Of a stretch of 64,000 bases of DNA, positions 63,561-64,000 are shown piece after piece (positions within the stretch are counted from its first letter, which is position 1; each line of letters starts with the position of its first letter). The notes under the pieces are model-generated. The model was not told the DNA's origin. It saw only the letters and a program-made list of their open reading frames with translations, and did not search any database. A program made the position numbers and the translations under genes. Source of the DNA: an uncultured Spirochaetota bacterium (lineage in GTDB: Bacteria; Spirochaetota; Spirochaetia; SZUA-6; Fen-1364); contig CAVUXE010000022.1 of the NCBI GenBank assembly GCA_963745235.1, positions 32,001-96,000 of the forward strand, given 5' to 3'.

Positions 63561-64000
63561 AGAAGCCCGAGCTCCTTTCGCCCGCCGGGAGCTTTGAGGC
63601 GGCGTACCAGGCCTTCGAAGCGGGAGCGGATGGCGTCTACCTGGGCCTGACCGAGTTCTCTGCCCGAAAGTCGGCGACGAACTTCGACCTTCCCCAGCTT
63701 CGACGAATCCTCGGGCTCGCGCGGCAGAAAGGCCGCAGGATCTACGTCACGGTGAACACGGTGATCCGCGAGGCCGAGATGCCGCGGGTCGCTTCCCTGT
63801 GCGGAGGGCTTCAGTCCCTCGACGTGGACGGGGTGATCGTGCAGGACGTCGGCCTGTGCGCTCTCCTTGCCCGCGGCTTTCCACACCTGGCCATCCATGC
63901 CTCCACCCAGATGGCAATTCACAACGACAGCGGTTTGCGGTTCGCCCGGGAGGTGGGGATCCGCCGCGTCGTGCTCTCCCGCGAGCTGACCCTGGAGAAA
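63557..64000 (+). CDS. U32 family peptidase-like protein (RNA-hydroxylation type), runs off the window
   Basis: Own translation: MKKPELLSPAGS...GADGVYLG..FSAR...YVTVNT...DGVIVQD...HASTQM...RVVLSREL. Confidence 0.92.
   Translation, partial: MKKPELLSPAGSFEAAYQAFEAGADGVYLGLTEFSARKSATNFDLPQLRRILGLARQKGRRIYVTVNTVIREAEMPRVASLCGGLQSLDVDGVIVQDVGLCALLARGFPHLAIHASTQMAIHNDSGLRFAREVGIRRVVLSRELTLEK

Overview
A 64 kb GC-rich bacterial chromosomal window, probably from a free-living spirochaete (inferred only from the 'AFAGGSKE' N-terminus of the sugar-binding protein). About 14 otherwise intact genes are split by small frameshifts, most likely long-read assembly indels. In order, the window holds: a YCII/ECF sigma pair; a ROK-regulated catabolic operon (Tm-1-like protein, PEP-hydrolase-like TIM barrel, EthD, two Gfo/Idh/MocA oxidoreductases, sugar ABC transporter, uncharacterised glycoside-hydrolase-like protein); a HEAT-repeat class III cyclase; ald with an Lrp regulator; a complete group II intron; homospermidine synthase with a decarboxylase; a GH2 mannosidase unit; a peptide ABC transporter with hydantoinase/oxoprolinase; a HEPN-like/SF1 helicase; a TM0106 nuclease; a hut operon; an ACT-fused glnE; glnA; and gmhA-like/rlmD-like/U32 genes. 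The strongest signals are (1) a group II intron at the ATG of an apparently leaderless gene, with CAU in its predicted EBS1 loop and a 3' end that rebuilds the ATG; (2) six genes with a -10 box exactly 6 nt before the start codon; (3) a GlnE carrying GlnD-type tandem ACT domains; (4) a sigma54 glnA promoter with non-NtrC tandem palindromes and a leader able to switch anti-SD pairing; and (5) a 59-aa ribbon-helix-helix-like gene, absent from the ORF track, heading the hut operon. No tRNA, rRNA or CRISPR array was seen. All calls come from reading motifs by eye; no searches were run.
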